Positions 26,721 to 39,792 of a stretch of DNA of 64,000 bases are shown piece after piece. The position numbers and the translations under genes are program-made. The number at the start of each line of letters is the position of its first letter. The stretch's first letter is position 1. The DNA is from the human T2T-CHM13v2.0 reference genome, Homo sapiens. The DNA is taken from the NCBI RefSeq assembly GCF_009914755.1, contig NC_060927.1; one strand, given 5' to 3'. The notes under the pieces were generated by a model. The model was not told where the DNA came from and did no database searches. It saw only the letters and a list, made by a program, of their open reading frames with translations.

Positions 26721-28238
26721 TCAATGTCTACAACTTCTAACTTCATATCTAGATACTTCCATAAGAGAGATTCCAGTGGAAGACTTCTAACCACGGTAGC
26801 CACACAAGCCCTGTTACCAACAGATCCTTTTGTTCTGTGTGCCCACGTGTGTGTGCACCAGGAACACACAGGAAAGGCTAGTTTGCAGGAAGTTAAGGTT
26901 GGGATCAGCACACACAGCTGAGAGTTTTGTGCACTGCATAAAAGGGGTCTAGTGGGGGCATCTGGGCCAACCTGTCCTCCCCAAGGCCAGGTCATGAGTT
27001 CTGGGGTGAGGCTGGGGGTGCTGTACCCTTTTCACTCTGCCCAGCAAGGCCCCTTTTTCTAATTTTCACAAATGTACCCTATAAGCTTGAAAGCCAAGGA
27101 CAAATGGAAAACCCGCTCGGGTCTCGTGCACATATCAATAAATGCCAGGTCAAAGGCTTTCACATGCACAACATATGAAGGCCCACAAATGCATGAGGCA
27201 TAGAGTCTACTCTCTCTCTCTGTCTGCTCCTCTGCCTGCTCATTCTTCTGCTGTCCCAAGCACCTGCCACACGGGGAACAACTGGAGCAGAACATGACAA
27301 CAGCGGGAGACTGGTTAGAAAACTCTCTTGATGCTCCAGGAGAGAGCTGACCAGGGCACGAAGACAGTGGTAAGGGAGGAGAGGAAAAGTGAACTTGAGA
27401 ATCAGTCTGGAGACAGACCCCACTCAATCCTGGGATGAAGGAAATCCTGGTATGAAGGTAAGGAAAATCGAGTGGAGTCAGGATTGGGAGGTCATGGTGA
27501 CCTCAGAAGAACAGTCCCTGCAGACTAATGGGGCGTGGGGGTGAGGCCATAGGCAGCTGGAGGGTGCTGGGGGGTGAAGAAGCGGAAGTGCAGTAGAGAC
27601 TCACCCCTGTCAGAGAGAGAAGGTAGGGTGGCTAGAGTGAGAGAGAACATTGCAGGAGTTATTAATGCCTGTGCATCTGGCTAAGATGGCGACACTTACG
27701 GGCTGCTGGGAGGAGCCAGGAGAGAGGAAGAGGTTGAAGAGAGAAGTAGGGATGGTGGAGCCCCCAAGGACCTGGGGTCCAGAGCACAGGAGAAGGGAGC
27801 AGCCTTTGGTGGGACCAAGGTGGGCCATCCCCAGAGCCTGGAGGGTGGAGTCAGGATGGGGACAGATACAGACACCTGTGGCGTAGGGGCCAAGAAGTTG
27901 ACCAAGTTTATGCCTCATGTCTCTTATTTCTCAAATAAGCTAGATGCCAAGGCCTGAGGGCGGGGAACTCCAGGAACAGCTATCACAGAGAGGTGTTGAT
28001 AGAGACAGGGAAAAGGATTTCTGCCCAGCCTTGGCCCCTCTGCTGAGCCTGGAGGTCAGCAGGGTCTAGCAGGGAGTCTGTGGGTTGCCGTGATCTTCTT
28101 TCTGTGGTGCCTTATAAGTCAGGCACAGGAGTGGTGAGAGATAATGGGTGATGAAGTCCTGAGGCCCACGTATCTTGCCTGGGGGCTCCCTGCCTTCCCC
28201 TTGCCCCAAGCTCCATGCCACCCAGCCACCAGACTCAC

Positions 28239-28392
28239 CCACGACAGTGAGGTTGACCTGGGCCTGCCTGCTGCCCAGCTTGTTCTCCACCAGCAGTGTG
28301 TAGCAGCCGCAGTGCTCCTGGCGCGCGGCCAGGATGGTGAGCTTGCTGCCATTCTCGCTGTTCTCCACCTTCATGTGCTCGCTTTCCTGGAT
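28239..28392 (-). CDS. MYLK: MYLK exon (~23), Ig-like domain C-half
   Basis: 154 bp, cctag|ATCCAG...GTCGTGG|gtgagt; encodes IQESEHMKVENSENGSKLTILAARQEHCGCYTLLVENKLGSRQAQVNLTVV. Confidence 0.97.
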
Positions 28393-28764
28393 CTAGGGGC
28401 GGAGGATGGAGCAGGTGCTGGAGCCTTGGGCCCCTGGGCTAGGAAAGGAAGGGGGCTCCTCCCCATTCCCTACTTCCTGAAGGATGCAGCTGGACAAGCT
28501 GTGGGGGGGCTCAGTCTGGTCTGGACTCTGCCCTTCTCCCTGAGGCCCCTTCTCTCCTACATCCAGAGTCCAGCTTCCCTGAGGGTGCCAGGTCTGGGGT
28601 GGGCAGGGAGGGTGTGGAGCAGGGGCAGGATGGATGAACTAGCTGAGCACTCACTGCTCCCAGAAATATCCTGGTCTCCCTCTACCTCTCTGGAATGGGA
28701 TGATAGGAGAACACATCTCAGCAAAGTCATTCACAAGATCCACTCCAGTGGGTTCTAGCCTCTT

Positions 28765-29435
28765 CTGTGCTGTCCAATGCTGTAGCCACTAGTCACATGT
28801 GGCTATTTAAATTTTAATTAGTTAAGTGGAAACAACCCAGATGTCCATCAACTGATGAACAAATAAACAAAATATGGTCTATCCTGACAATGGAATATTT
28901 ATTATTAATTCATTGAAAGGAATGAAGTACTGATTCATGTTACAATAAGAATGAGCCCTGAAAAGAGTATGCTAAGTCAAAAAAAGAGAAAGCTACACAG
29001 AGAGAATGACATACTGTATGATTCCATTGATATGAAATGTCCAGAATATGCAAATCCATAAATACTGAGAGTAGATGAGTGGTTGTCAGGGCCTGGGGGA
29101 AGGAGAGGAATGTCTGCTAATGGGTCTGGGGTTTCTTACTGGGATGATGAAAGTATTCTAGAATTAGATAATGGTGATGCTTGCACAACCTTGTGAATCT
29201 ACTGAAAACCACTGAAGTGTACACTTCAAGAGGGTGAATTTTATGGCATATGAATTATATCTTAACAAAGCTGCTATAACAATTTTTAATTAATTAAAAT
29301 TAAATATTCAGTTCCTCAGTTGCACTAGCCACATTTCAAGTGCTCAATAGCCCCATGTATATGGCTGGTGGCTGCCATATTGGATAGCACAGAGATAACA
29401 CTTTCATCAGGGCAGAAAGTTCTGAAGGACAGAGC
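28765..29435. mobile_element. MER3-like hAT element split by an L1MB 3' fragment (28826-29282)
   Basis: tgctgtccaat...gccactagtcacatgtggctatttaaat, then L1MB text, then tcagttcctcagttgcactagccacatttcaagtgctcaatagc. Confidence 0.75.
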
Positions 29436-30348
29436 TGGGACTTGGCTAAATGTCTCTGAAAAGTGATGAGATTCCATCTTATTTCAGACAACAGTAGTCC
29501 AGATGTCGCTCAGGGCAAACATGCTCTGGGATGCTAAAGGCAAACTTCTCATTTCCATCTTTTGAGACCAACCCTACTTTCCTCCCTGTTAGTACTAAGT
29601 GTTCATCTCTGGGGCTAGGAGAATTTGAGTGATTTTAAAACAGAGTAACAGAGGGCTCAGAATAAATCTTCACAACTTCCCACTCCTGTGCCAACCCATC
29701 ATTCCAGGGTCTCTGCTGATCATGCATACAGGCACACACTACCACCGTGGATTGGTGGAGCTGCTGGGCTCCCCAAGTCCTTTCAATGCTGGTTGTCTAG
29801 AAATTCAAACATTGTTCCATAGGAACCATTATGATAAATTGTAGCTAGATTTCTGGGTCAGTCAGACACAATTCTATTTATCATACAATTCTTCTATCCA
29901 AATACTCACATTTGCTTTTGTCCCTTCAGCATGTGGCAAGTTTAAGTGGTTATAACAGACAGGAATCAGTGGGCTGGCACAGAATCACAGCAAGCTCATG
30001 GAGTCTAAGGGTCATCTTGGGTCACAGGCTCGACTTTCCTGACTCTGAATAGGATTCTAGACTGTGCTATCAAACCAGATGAGGGACATGGATGGTTTCT
30101 ACTTTTCCCCTCACACTTCTATTACACAAATTGTCTACAAAGGCGGGGATTATTGGTAGATTCAGAAGCAAAGGTTAACAAGAACTCAGGTTTGGCAGGT
30201 GAGCGATGGGTAGGGGAATGGCCTCTCCCATTTCTAAAGCTACGAAGAGTGAGGCCATCTCCAGCACGGCATTTCTCATCCCTTTCGGTCCAAAGGCTGT
30301 ACGGATTATTCCCAGCACCCCCAGTGCCCACCCCATACCGTCACTGAC

Positions 30349-30476
30349 CTGCTTTCGGAACTTCATCCAGGTACAGGTGATGGGCTGAGTGCCTGTCACT
30401 TTGCCAAACAGCTCCACTGACTCTCCTGCGCGTACCTTCTGGTCCTCAGGGAACTGGATGATCTGAGGGGGCATTG
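30349..30476 (-). CDS. MYLK: MYLK exon (~22), Ig-like domain N-half
   Basis: 128 bp, ctcag|CAATGC...AAGCAG|gtcagt; encodes AMPPQIIQFPEDQKVRAGESVELFGKVTGTQPITCTWMKFRKQ. Confidence 0.97.
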
Positions 30477-31266
30477 CTGAGGGAGGACAGGGAGAAAGTG
30501 AGCGAGGCAGAAGGGTCTCAGGCATTCTGATCACATTCGACGCCATTGTCCACAGTGGTCTGTTGGCTTCTCTCTTGGCTTCCGGAACCTTCAGGGTAAG
30601 ACTGAGGGGCAGTGATCCTGCTGCAGGACATCCAAGTTCATGGACCTGCTAGGTTTGTTCACCTCTTCTTTCTGATTCCCTCAGAAGTGACCCACACTAC
30701 TTACATGGCATGATTCTCCATTTATGGGTTGTACTGGAATTTGTGACTTACCCTAATTTTTTGAATTGAGGTCCTAACTCACTTATGAATTAAGCATCAC
30801 CTTGCCTTCTAAACTCCAGGTCACCCTGGCTGGCAGGCTTGATTCAAGTCCTCAAGTGTCATCCAATGGAAAACAGACAAGGGTTCCATATAACAAGGAC
30901 ACACAGAGCTGGGCACAAAAATAGCCCCAAGAGGGTCATGTACACAAGGGTAGGGCAGAAGATGGACAGCAGGGCAGAATTCGTAGAAGGGGCAGGCAGG
31001 AGAGCTGCTAGTCCTGTATGATGCTGTCAACATGGGAGGCAGATGGAAAGACAAAGCTGTGGAAGGGGACCAGGAGCCAGGCTGTGCAGAGGCTCTCCAT
31101 GAGCAAACTCAGCCTGAAAAATGCAGAGCTGGAACTGAGGGTGGGGGTGGGGTTGCAGTGGGGTGTCTCCTGGGATCACATACCCAGGTGTCAGTCTAGC
31201 AAGGTAAAGGCAAAACCCCCATGGTAGATGACTTCTTTGACCCCAGATAGTGCCGTGGCCAATTAC

Positions 31267-31835
<569 letters not shown>

Positions 31836-32329
31836 TCAGGGACCTATGAAAGGGTCTCTGAAGCCTCCAATGAGATTAAAAACTCTCTAAAATGCTCGTG
31901 CTCCCATAGCCCTTTTCGAAGACGATAATGCCACACTCATTAACCACTCTCTCACCCTAACTTTCAGGAAACTCAGAAAGGAAATTATGTCATGTCAGAT
32001 AAACCAACTAAAATTAGCCTTTGGTGTGGATCCAAGGGTCGCAAGCTTCCTTTGGGTCACAGACTGTTGACTGGTGGCTTTCATTTTTTTAAAGTTTGTT
32101 GGATGGATGAATGGATGAATGAATAAATGGTCTCCTCCCTTCTTACTCTTACTTCCTCCAAATAACTCAAATGAGAAAAATGACTCAAACAGAACAGTCA
32201 TGCAGCACAAACCTATTCACTTGGCTAAATCACAATATAGTGCACGTGCGAAAACATCTTGAGCTGTCTTCACGGCTTGTTTCAAATCCCTTCCAGGTCT
32301 TTGCTCAAAAGCCATCTAACCTATCTATC

Positions 32330-32815
32330 CAAATAAAATGAAAACCTACAGGCACACAAATATCTGTATGCGAATATTTGCAGTGGCCTTATTCATAATT
32401 GCCAAAAACTAGAAGGTATCCAAATGGATGAACTGTGGCACTTTGATGCCACCAATAAAAAGGAAGAAACTACTGATACACAGAACATGGATGAATCTCA
32501 ATGATTTCTCTTTTTCTTCTGCTCAGAGAAGCCAAATTCAAAAGGTCACATACTGTATGATTCCATTTATACGACATTCTAGAAAAGGCAGAACTATAGG
32601 AATGGAGAACAGATTAATGAATGGTTGCCAGAGGTAGGGTGGGGGAGGGGTGGGCTGCAAAGGGGCACAGGGAAATGTTCTGTGGTGACAGAACCAGATC
32701 TTGACCATGCTGGGAGTCCATGATGACATTAATTTATCAAGACTCACGGAACTGTGCACCAAAGAGGGTGAAGTTCACTGCAGGGAAATTATACCTTAAC
32801 ATAAAAAATGAGGAA
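32330..32815 (+). mobile_element. L1M 3' fragment
   Basis: ttattcataattgccaaaaactagaa...atactgtatgattccatttatacgacattctagaaaaggc. Confidence 0.75.
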
Positions 32816-33769
32816 AAGCCACTTCACCAGTGAGATCTTCCCTAACCACCCCATACAAACAGCAGCCCTGCCCCCAGCACCCCTCATCCTTCTCATCTCG
32901 CTTTATGGTCCTCCCACCCCATAGCACTTATCACCATGTGAAAAACTATATCTTCACTTATTTATTTACTGTCTGCCCTTCTCCTCCTCCTAAACTGTGA
33001 GCTTTTTGAGGCCAGGGACTTTTTTGGTTCACTGCTGTATATCAATGGGCCTGGCACACAATAACGATTTGTTGAATGAATGAGTGGGCTAATATTAACA
33101 ATTATTCATCCAGATAACTTCACCTCTGCAGATGAAGGGGAAGCGGTGTCATTGGCTTGGATATGGGTTGCCCTGTGACCACAGGCAAATTAGTAACTTG
33201 TGGAACTTGTGCATTTCCACGACAGGACACGTGCTGCTGCCCAGTGAATGCCCCAGGAGGACTGCGTGAGGCAGTGATCCCTGGCAGGGGCACACTGAGA
33301 TCACCGAGCTGATGGCTGCCGGCTGTGTGGTTAAGCCCAGGATGAGGGCTTCCACCAGGTTCCCTCTGGCTCATTGTCATCATTGATCCATCCGTCCATC
33401 TCCAAAAAGTTACTCAGGGCCTACTGTGTGCCAGGCAAATGCTAGTCAGTACACACGACTAACCTGGGTACTGAGGAGGAAACCAAACAATGTAAGAAAT
33501 CAGGCCTCAAGGTCTTAAATATCAAGACGTGGTCCACAGGAAAGAGGAAAGGCTTTTTTTTTTTTTCTTTTGCCATAAAGGACATTTATAGGATAACTGG
33601 CAACATCTGAATAAGGTCAATAAATTAGAGGATAGTATTGGATTAGTGTTAATTTCATGTTTTGATCATCAAACTGTGGCTTTATAAGAGATTGTTCTTG
33701 TTTTTAGGAAATACACACTGAAGTATTTAGGTGTAGAGGGTATCCTGTGTGCAACTTTCAAACTGTTCA

Positions 33770-34202
<433 letters not shown>

Positions 34203-34601
34203 TTAACCTTTGAGGAATCTAGATGAAGGGTATATACAATAATTTTTCATGCTATTTTTACAATTTTTTCTGTGAGTCTCAAATTATTTCAAGATAAAAG
34301 TTAAATAGAAAGTTATAAAAAAAGATGTTATTCAGTCAACGTGATGTGGCTGTTTGAATGGAAAAGGAACACTGTTGGTGGAGGAGATGGTTAGTTAGAA
34401 GGCTAAAAGACAGGATGTAAGATGGACCTGAAGGCTAGGGAAGGTCTGAACTGGAGAAAGAGGAGAACCCACAGGTCAGGAATAGACAGTGGCTCAGAGG
34501 TGAGAATCAGGGTGATGTTTGGTGGAGGCTGGCAGAGCACAGGGCTGATATTGGACAGCAGTGGTATGAGGATAGTGGGCACTCTAAATTAAATAAAATT
34601 A

Positions 34602-34890
34602 AGGTGAGGCATAGTGGCTCAGCCTGTAATCCCAGCGCTTTGGGAGGCAGAGGTGGCAAGATCACTTGAGGCCAGGAGTTCGAGACTAACCTGGGCAACA
34701 CGGCAAGACCCTGTCTCTGTAAAAAATAATAAAAACAGCCAGGTATGGTGGTGCCTGTCTGTAGTCTCAGTTACTTGGGAGGGATTGCTTGAGCCCAGGA
34801 GTTCGAGGTTACAGTAGCTATGATTTTGCCACTACACTCCAGCCTGGGTGACAGAGAGAGACCTTATCTCAGAAAAAAAAGAAAGAAAAT
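34602..34890 (+). mobile_element. AluJ inserted in a MER3-like element
   Basis: gtggctcagcctgtaatcccagc...gaggccaggagttcgagac...gagcccaggagttcgagg; MER3-like sequence on both sides. Confidence 0.9.
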
Positions 34891-36138
34891 TAAAAATTTG
34901 ATTCCTTGGTTGCACTAGTCACATTTCAGGTTCTCAATAGCCATAGGTGGTTAGTAGCTATCACATTGTGTTGACGTAGGACATTTCTTTCATCACAGAG
35001 GGTTCTGTTAGACAGTGCTGGCCTCAAATGCTAAGCTCACGAGCTAAGGCTTTGTCCTGATTGAACAGCATGTCCTCACTCAAACAGCAGTCAGGCTGGG
35101 CTAGAGGTCCCTGATAGGTCTTTCCAGCTCTTGCGGGACAGATCCAATTAGGAGGCTATTGCCATACCTTGGAAGGCACTGATCAAGATCCATGCAGAAA
35201 AGAAGATGCAAATGAGAGGCAGAGGAAAGTTAAAATAATTTAAGGGGCTAAACAAGAAGGAGGTACACAGATTACTTTGAGATTTCTTGCATAGATACAC
35301 GTGGAAAGTCATATTGAAGGAATATAGAATTAGGAGTACAAGATTAATATTTCAGCTTGAATCTGTTTGTAGGTTAGAAGCCCAGGATCAGAATTCCAGA
35401 GGGAAGTTTGTGGAGACTGGAAGTGAAAGATTCCAGAATTAAAGAAGCCATTAGAATGGAAACCTTGAAGATGGGTCAATTCTTTGGGGAAAGAGAATGC
35501 AATGAAAGAGGGGCGGAGGCCAGGGTTTGATCCCAGGTGTGTCCACAGTAAAGAAGCCGAGACACAGGAGAGGGCTGTGGAAGGACCCTGAGAGCAGGAG
35601 GAGTGTCGCCACAAGCAAGGGTAGAGGACAGATGCTGGGAAGAGCACCAGGTGTGCCCAGCATGGAGTGAGAGACGGTGATGCTGGAGAGGCCAGGTTCC
35701 ATGGGACAGCATGGTCCAAAGTCACCCCAGAGGAGATTCTTGAGCAAACAGTGGGGAGTAAAATAGTCAAGGATCCTGGAGGTGAAAGGACAAAGAGAAG
35801 CAAGGAAACAAGAGGGAATATGAAGCTCAGGTTTCTTCTGAGGTGAGAGAAGAGAGAAGATGACAAGGTGGAAGGCAATGGCTAGGGCACAGTGGAGAGA
35901 GAGAGCCCAAAGACACTAGAGGGAAGAGCACGGGGAGCCAAATCCTTTGGTGGGGGAGACCAGATGGGATATGGGACGCCTGTGACTGGCTGAGCCACAA
36001 AGGCCCTGCCCCTCTTTGTCCAGGACTGTTGGGAAGAGAGAAGCTCTCCAGGGAAGAAGAGAGGGCTTCTACCGGAGCCCAGATATGATCTCTGGAGAGA
36101 GGAGGCCATCTGTTCAGAGGAGCTACGTGGAGGGCTGT

Positions 36139-36591
36139 TGTCATGGGCTGAACTGTGTCTCCCCAAATTCACATGTTGAAGCTCTAACCCTTGGTACCTC
36201 AGAATGTGACCGTATTTAGAAATAGGGCCTTCAAAGAGGTAATTAAATTAAAACGAGGCCATTAGGGTGGGCCATAGTCCAATTTGGTGTCCTTATAAGA
36301 AGAGATTAGGAAGAAGAGAGACAGGGGCAGGGGGAGGAGAGAGAGAGAGAGAGAGAGAAAGGAGCGAGAGAGAAAGAGGGAGGAAGGGAGAAGGAGGGAG
36401 GAGAGCGAGAGAGACCAGACAAATGCACACACAGAGAAAAGACCATGTGAGGACACAGGGGAAAGACTGCCATTTTCAAGCAGAAACCTCGATCTTGGAC
36501 TTCTAGCCTCCAGAGCTGTGAGAATCAATTTCTGTGGTTAAGCTACCCAGTCTGCCGTACTTTGTTAAGTCAGCCCTAGAAGACTAATATA
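36139..36591 (+). mobile_element. MaLR solo LTR (MLT1B-like) with 5-bp TSD
   Basis: tgtcatgggctgaactgtgtc...cctcagaatgtgaccgtatttagaaataggg...gactaatata; TSD gctgt at 36134-36138 and 36592-36596; internal GA-rich expansion. Confidence 0.9.
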
Positions 36592-37274
36592 GCTGTGGAT
36601 GGGCATCATTAGTGGGGTGGGCACCAGTGGGGTGGGCACCAGGTGTGAGAAGGAGGCTGACAATCCCTGGGGTGATGAGCTAGGAGCACAGCATGAAATC
36701 AGGGGACTCCAAAGTCCTGCCCCATACTTGGTGGCTCTGGGTAAACCCATTTGACTGGAAGAGAAGCCCTAACTAATCTTTCAGTGTCATGGTTAAATAG
36801 GATTGAAGGTCAAATTTTTATGTTTGTTCTGTAAATTTGGAGCTACCATTGTTTGAATTGGTTAGCATTTGAAACTGGCTTGGTTCCTATCAGTAAAAAC
36901 AATTTAAGCGTTAACAATGTTTTATATCCTATTTTATACATATTTTATATGACCATCTGCTGAAATCCACTAATTGTGTGCTGGGCTTATAGGGGAAAGC
37001 ACCTGGTTCTAAAACCCGGTTTCTCAGAGGGAGCATTTCACTTGGTTCTCATCCCAATCAAACACAGCAGGGAGTATCATAATGTTTCCATTTTATGAAA
37101 AAGGAGATGGCATCTCATAAAAGTCTGGTGACTTGCTAGGTTCATAAAACCTGATGTTCTGGAGCTGGAAATGGGATCTGAGCCTCCTGCCACCCAGGGT
37201 ATGGAATAAATAAAATTTGTTGTAAAGAGTTAAGCTACATTGTAAGGGAAGTATAGCATATAGTGCAGCATGTT

Positions 37275-37278
37275 CTTT

Positions 37279-37309
<31 letters not shown>

Positions 37310-37540
37310 GACACAAGGCCTTGCTGTGTCATCCAAGATGAGTACAGTGGCATGATCACAGCTCACTGTAGCCTCGACCTGCTGGGCTAAAGTGATCCTC
37401 ATCTCAGCACCCACTCAGCTAATTTTTTGTAGAGACTCACTATGTTGCGCAGGCTGGTCTCAAACTCCTGAGCTCAAGTGAGCTCCCACTCTGGCCTCCC
37501 AAAGTGCTGGGATTACAGACGTGAGCCACCATGCTCAGCC
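37275..37540 (-). mobile_element. AluJ with internal deletions
   Basis: Poly-T, cagtggcatgatcacagctcactgtagcc...cctcccaaagtgctgggattacag. Confidence 0.88.
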
Positions 37541-38189
37541 TCAGTGCATGTTCTAACATCAGCCCCTCCCCCCACTCCCCCGCTCTCTGAAACAAACAGA
37601 TCCCCAGAGGACTTCTCTGTCCTTTGGGACAAGTTTGGCCCTTTCATCTATGTGGTACCCTGTTGGTCAGTTCAGCCTTACACTAACCTGAGAGCTCTCA
37701 TGTGGCACCTGTGCTTCTTCTCCCCAGTCCAGGTCCTCAGAAGAGGGGACATTCTGCAGGTCCAGATGCCCAAACAAACTCACAGTACTCCCTGGCTCAC
37801 TAACTAGTTTCCTCTCCTCTGGAGTCACTCTTATTATCTTATTATTCCTGTCAGCCCTGTGTCTCTCATCCTCTTCTCTGACACCCTAAACTTTGTGTAC
37901 CAGCCAGTCAGAGAGGAACATCCTAGAAGGAAAATAAAACCCATCCACCTTTGCAAACTCCATGATGGCTGCTGGCCATGGGACAGGCAGGGAGGGCAGA
38001 GCACGCCCTACTCAGGCTGCTCCTCTGAAGAGGGGCTCAGCCACCTCCTTTAGGCAGTCAGCCCAGGCAGCACATCCTTCCTGGTAGAGCACTGCCCCGG
38101 GGTACTGTGCTCATCGCTGCCCTTTGAGCTCCTCTTTCTATCCCCTATTCTCTTTCCTCCATTTCCCCTGAAGCCAGACCTCTCTCCTG

Positions 38190-39150
38190 AGCCCATACCA
38201 ATACATCCAACTACCTGACCATCATCTCCCAGGGAGATGCCAAACACGTACTGCCAGCCAAACGTGCAAAACCAAATCCAAGACCTTTTCCCCAAACCTG
38301 CTCCCTGTCCCCATTTCTCCCAAGGCCCCCTCCCTGCCCATATCCACTGACAAATGCCTGTTGTCTACACCAACTAAGTACCTCCTCAGTCTGCCAATTT
38401 CTACCTTCCCACCGTCAGCATTGTAGTCCCAACTGCATCACCTCCTAGGCTTCTGGTCCCCTGTCCCCCGTCACATTTGTCACTCTGTGGCCAAAGTGAT
38501 CTTTCTCAAATGCAAATATGATGTCACTTCACTGCCTGAACCTGTTCAGTGGCTGCCCATTGCCACTCAGGATCAAATTCAACTCATCTTACGAGGTCTT
38601 TGAGCTCTGTCCCTGGCTTTCATCCCCAACTTTCTTGCTTGCTTTCCCAAGAGGGAACAACTTTCATCACAACCTCAATACTCAATATCAGTGGTTCTCA
38701 AAATTTAGCCTACATTATGATTGCCTGGAAGACTTAATAAAAACATAGATTCTTGGCTTCCAGGTGCTGGTGCTGCTACTGCTGCTGGTCCCTGCACCTT
38801 CCTTTGGGAAGTACTGCTCTGTAATCTACATGGAATGTCTTTCAGTTTCTGCAACACCAGGCTCTTGCCTTCGCTCCTTTGCACATGCTGGGCCCTCTTC
38901 TCTTGGATGGCTCTTGCATATTCTTTGGGCAGGTCGCCCCAGCTCATGCACCACTAATGCCCCACGGGGTTCATGGCCCTCTGAGGTAGCTCCATCACAG
39001 CATTCATCAGGCACCGCTATTTCAGAAACCTGTCCCCAACATGGACACACCACGGCAAGCTTCTGGGGACAAGGATAGGGTCTACCTTCTGTATCTGCAG
39101 TGCCTAGCATAGTACCTGGCACATGCCTGATAAATGGCCATTAAAGGAAT
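38190..39150 (-). mobile_element. L2 fragments with an embedded MER5A-like piece (~38690-38820)
   Basis: ccaaagtgatctttctcaaatgcaaatatgatgtcact...cagtgcctagcatagtacctggcaca; cagtggttctcaaa is a MER5 end. Confidence 0.6.
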
Positions 39151-39765
39151 GAGTGAAACCCTCAAGGATTTCTGTTAACCCGGGAATTCCCAAGGAACAT
39201 TCTCCCCCAGCCCTGGGCACTGATGCTGAGAAATATAGCCCTGGGGCTTGAATTTTTATATAACTTTCTATGAAAAGGATCAGTCTCTGCTGTCCCCTCT
39301 GGGATCAAAGCTGCCAGGTGCTGAGCCTTCCACTCTAGATAGGAGATTGATATTAGAGGAAGTGAAATAGCCCAATAAAAACATGAATCAAAGCATTGGA
39401 TCTGGAAGCCTCCTGGGAAACCTGGGGCAGGGGTGGGGAGGCCAGCCTCCTAATTGTTCAGGTAATCTGTTCCAGCTGACCCAAGCCCTAACCTAGTCCT
39501 GGGGAAAAAAAAGGAGGTCAGTAACCCACAGAAGTTTCCAGATGCTCAGTCTGAAGGCACCTGAATGCCTCGCTCTGAAACATGGAAAATCAGCAGGGCA
39601 GAGAGACCAGAGTAAACATTTGCAAGATAGGTGCAGAGCCTGAAGGTGGGTCTCACGGAGTCAAAAGGTCTGAGATAATGGAAAGCAAAGGAGAATTAGG
39701 GAACTAGCCTTACCAGCCTTGGGTACAGGGAGGTCCCTGGATGTCTGCCTCTCTGGGGACATTTC

Positions 39766-39792
39766 CCTTTTTAGGTAGGTAGTTAAAAATAG
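39766..39792. promoter_or_regulatory. Adjacent CArG (CCTTTTTAGG) and MEF2 (TTAAAAATAG) consensus sites
   Basis: Exact matches to CC(A/T)6GG at 39766-39775 and YTA(A/T)4TAR at 39783-39792. Confidence 0.35.

Noticed and set aside
36611-36640. 15-bp tandem duplication agtggggtgggcacc
   Set aside because: Trivial slippage duplication with no further evidence of function.
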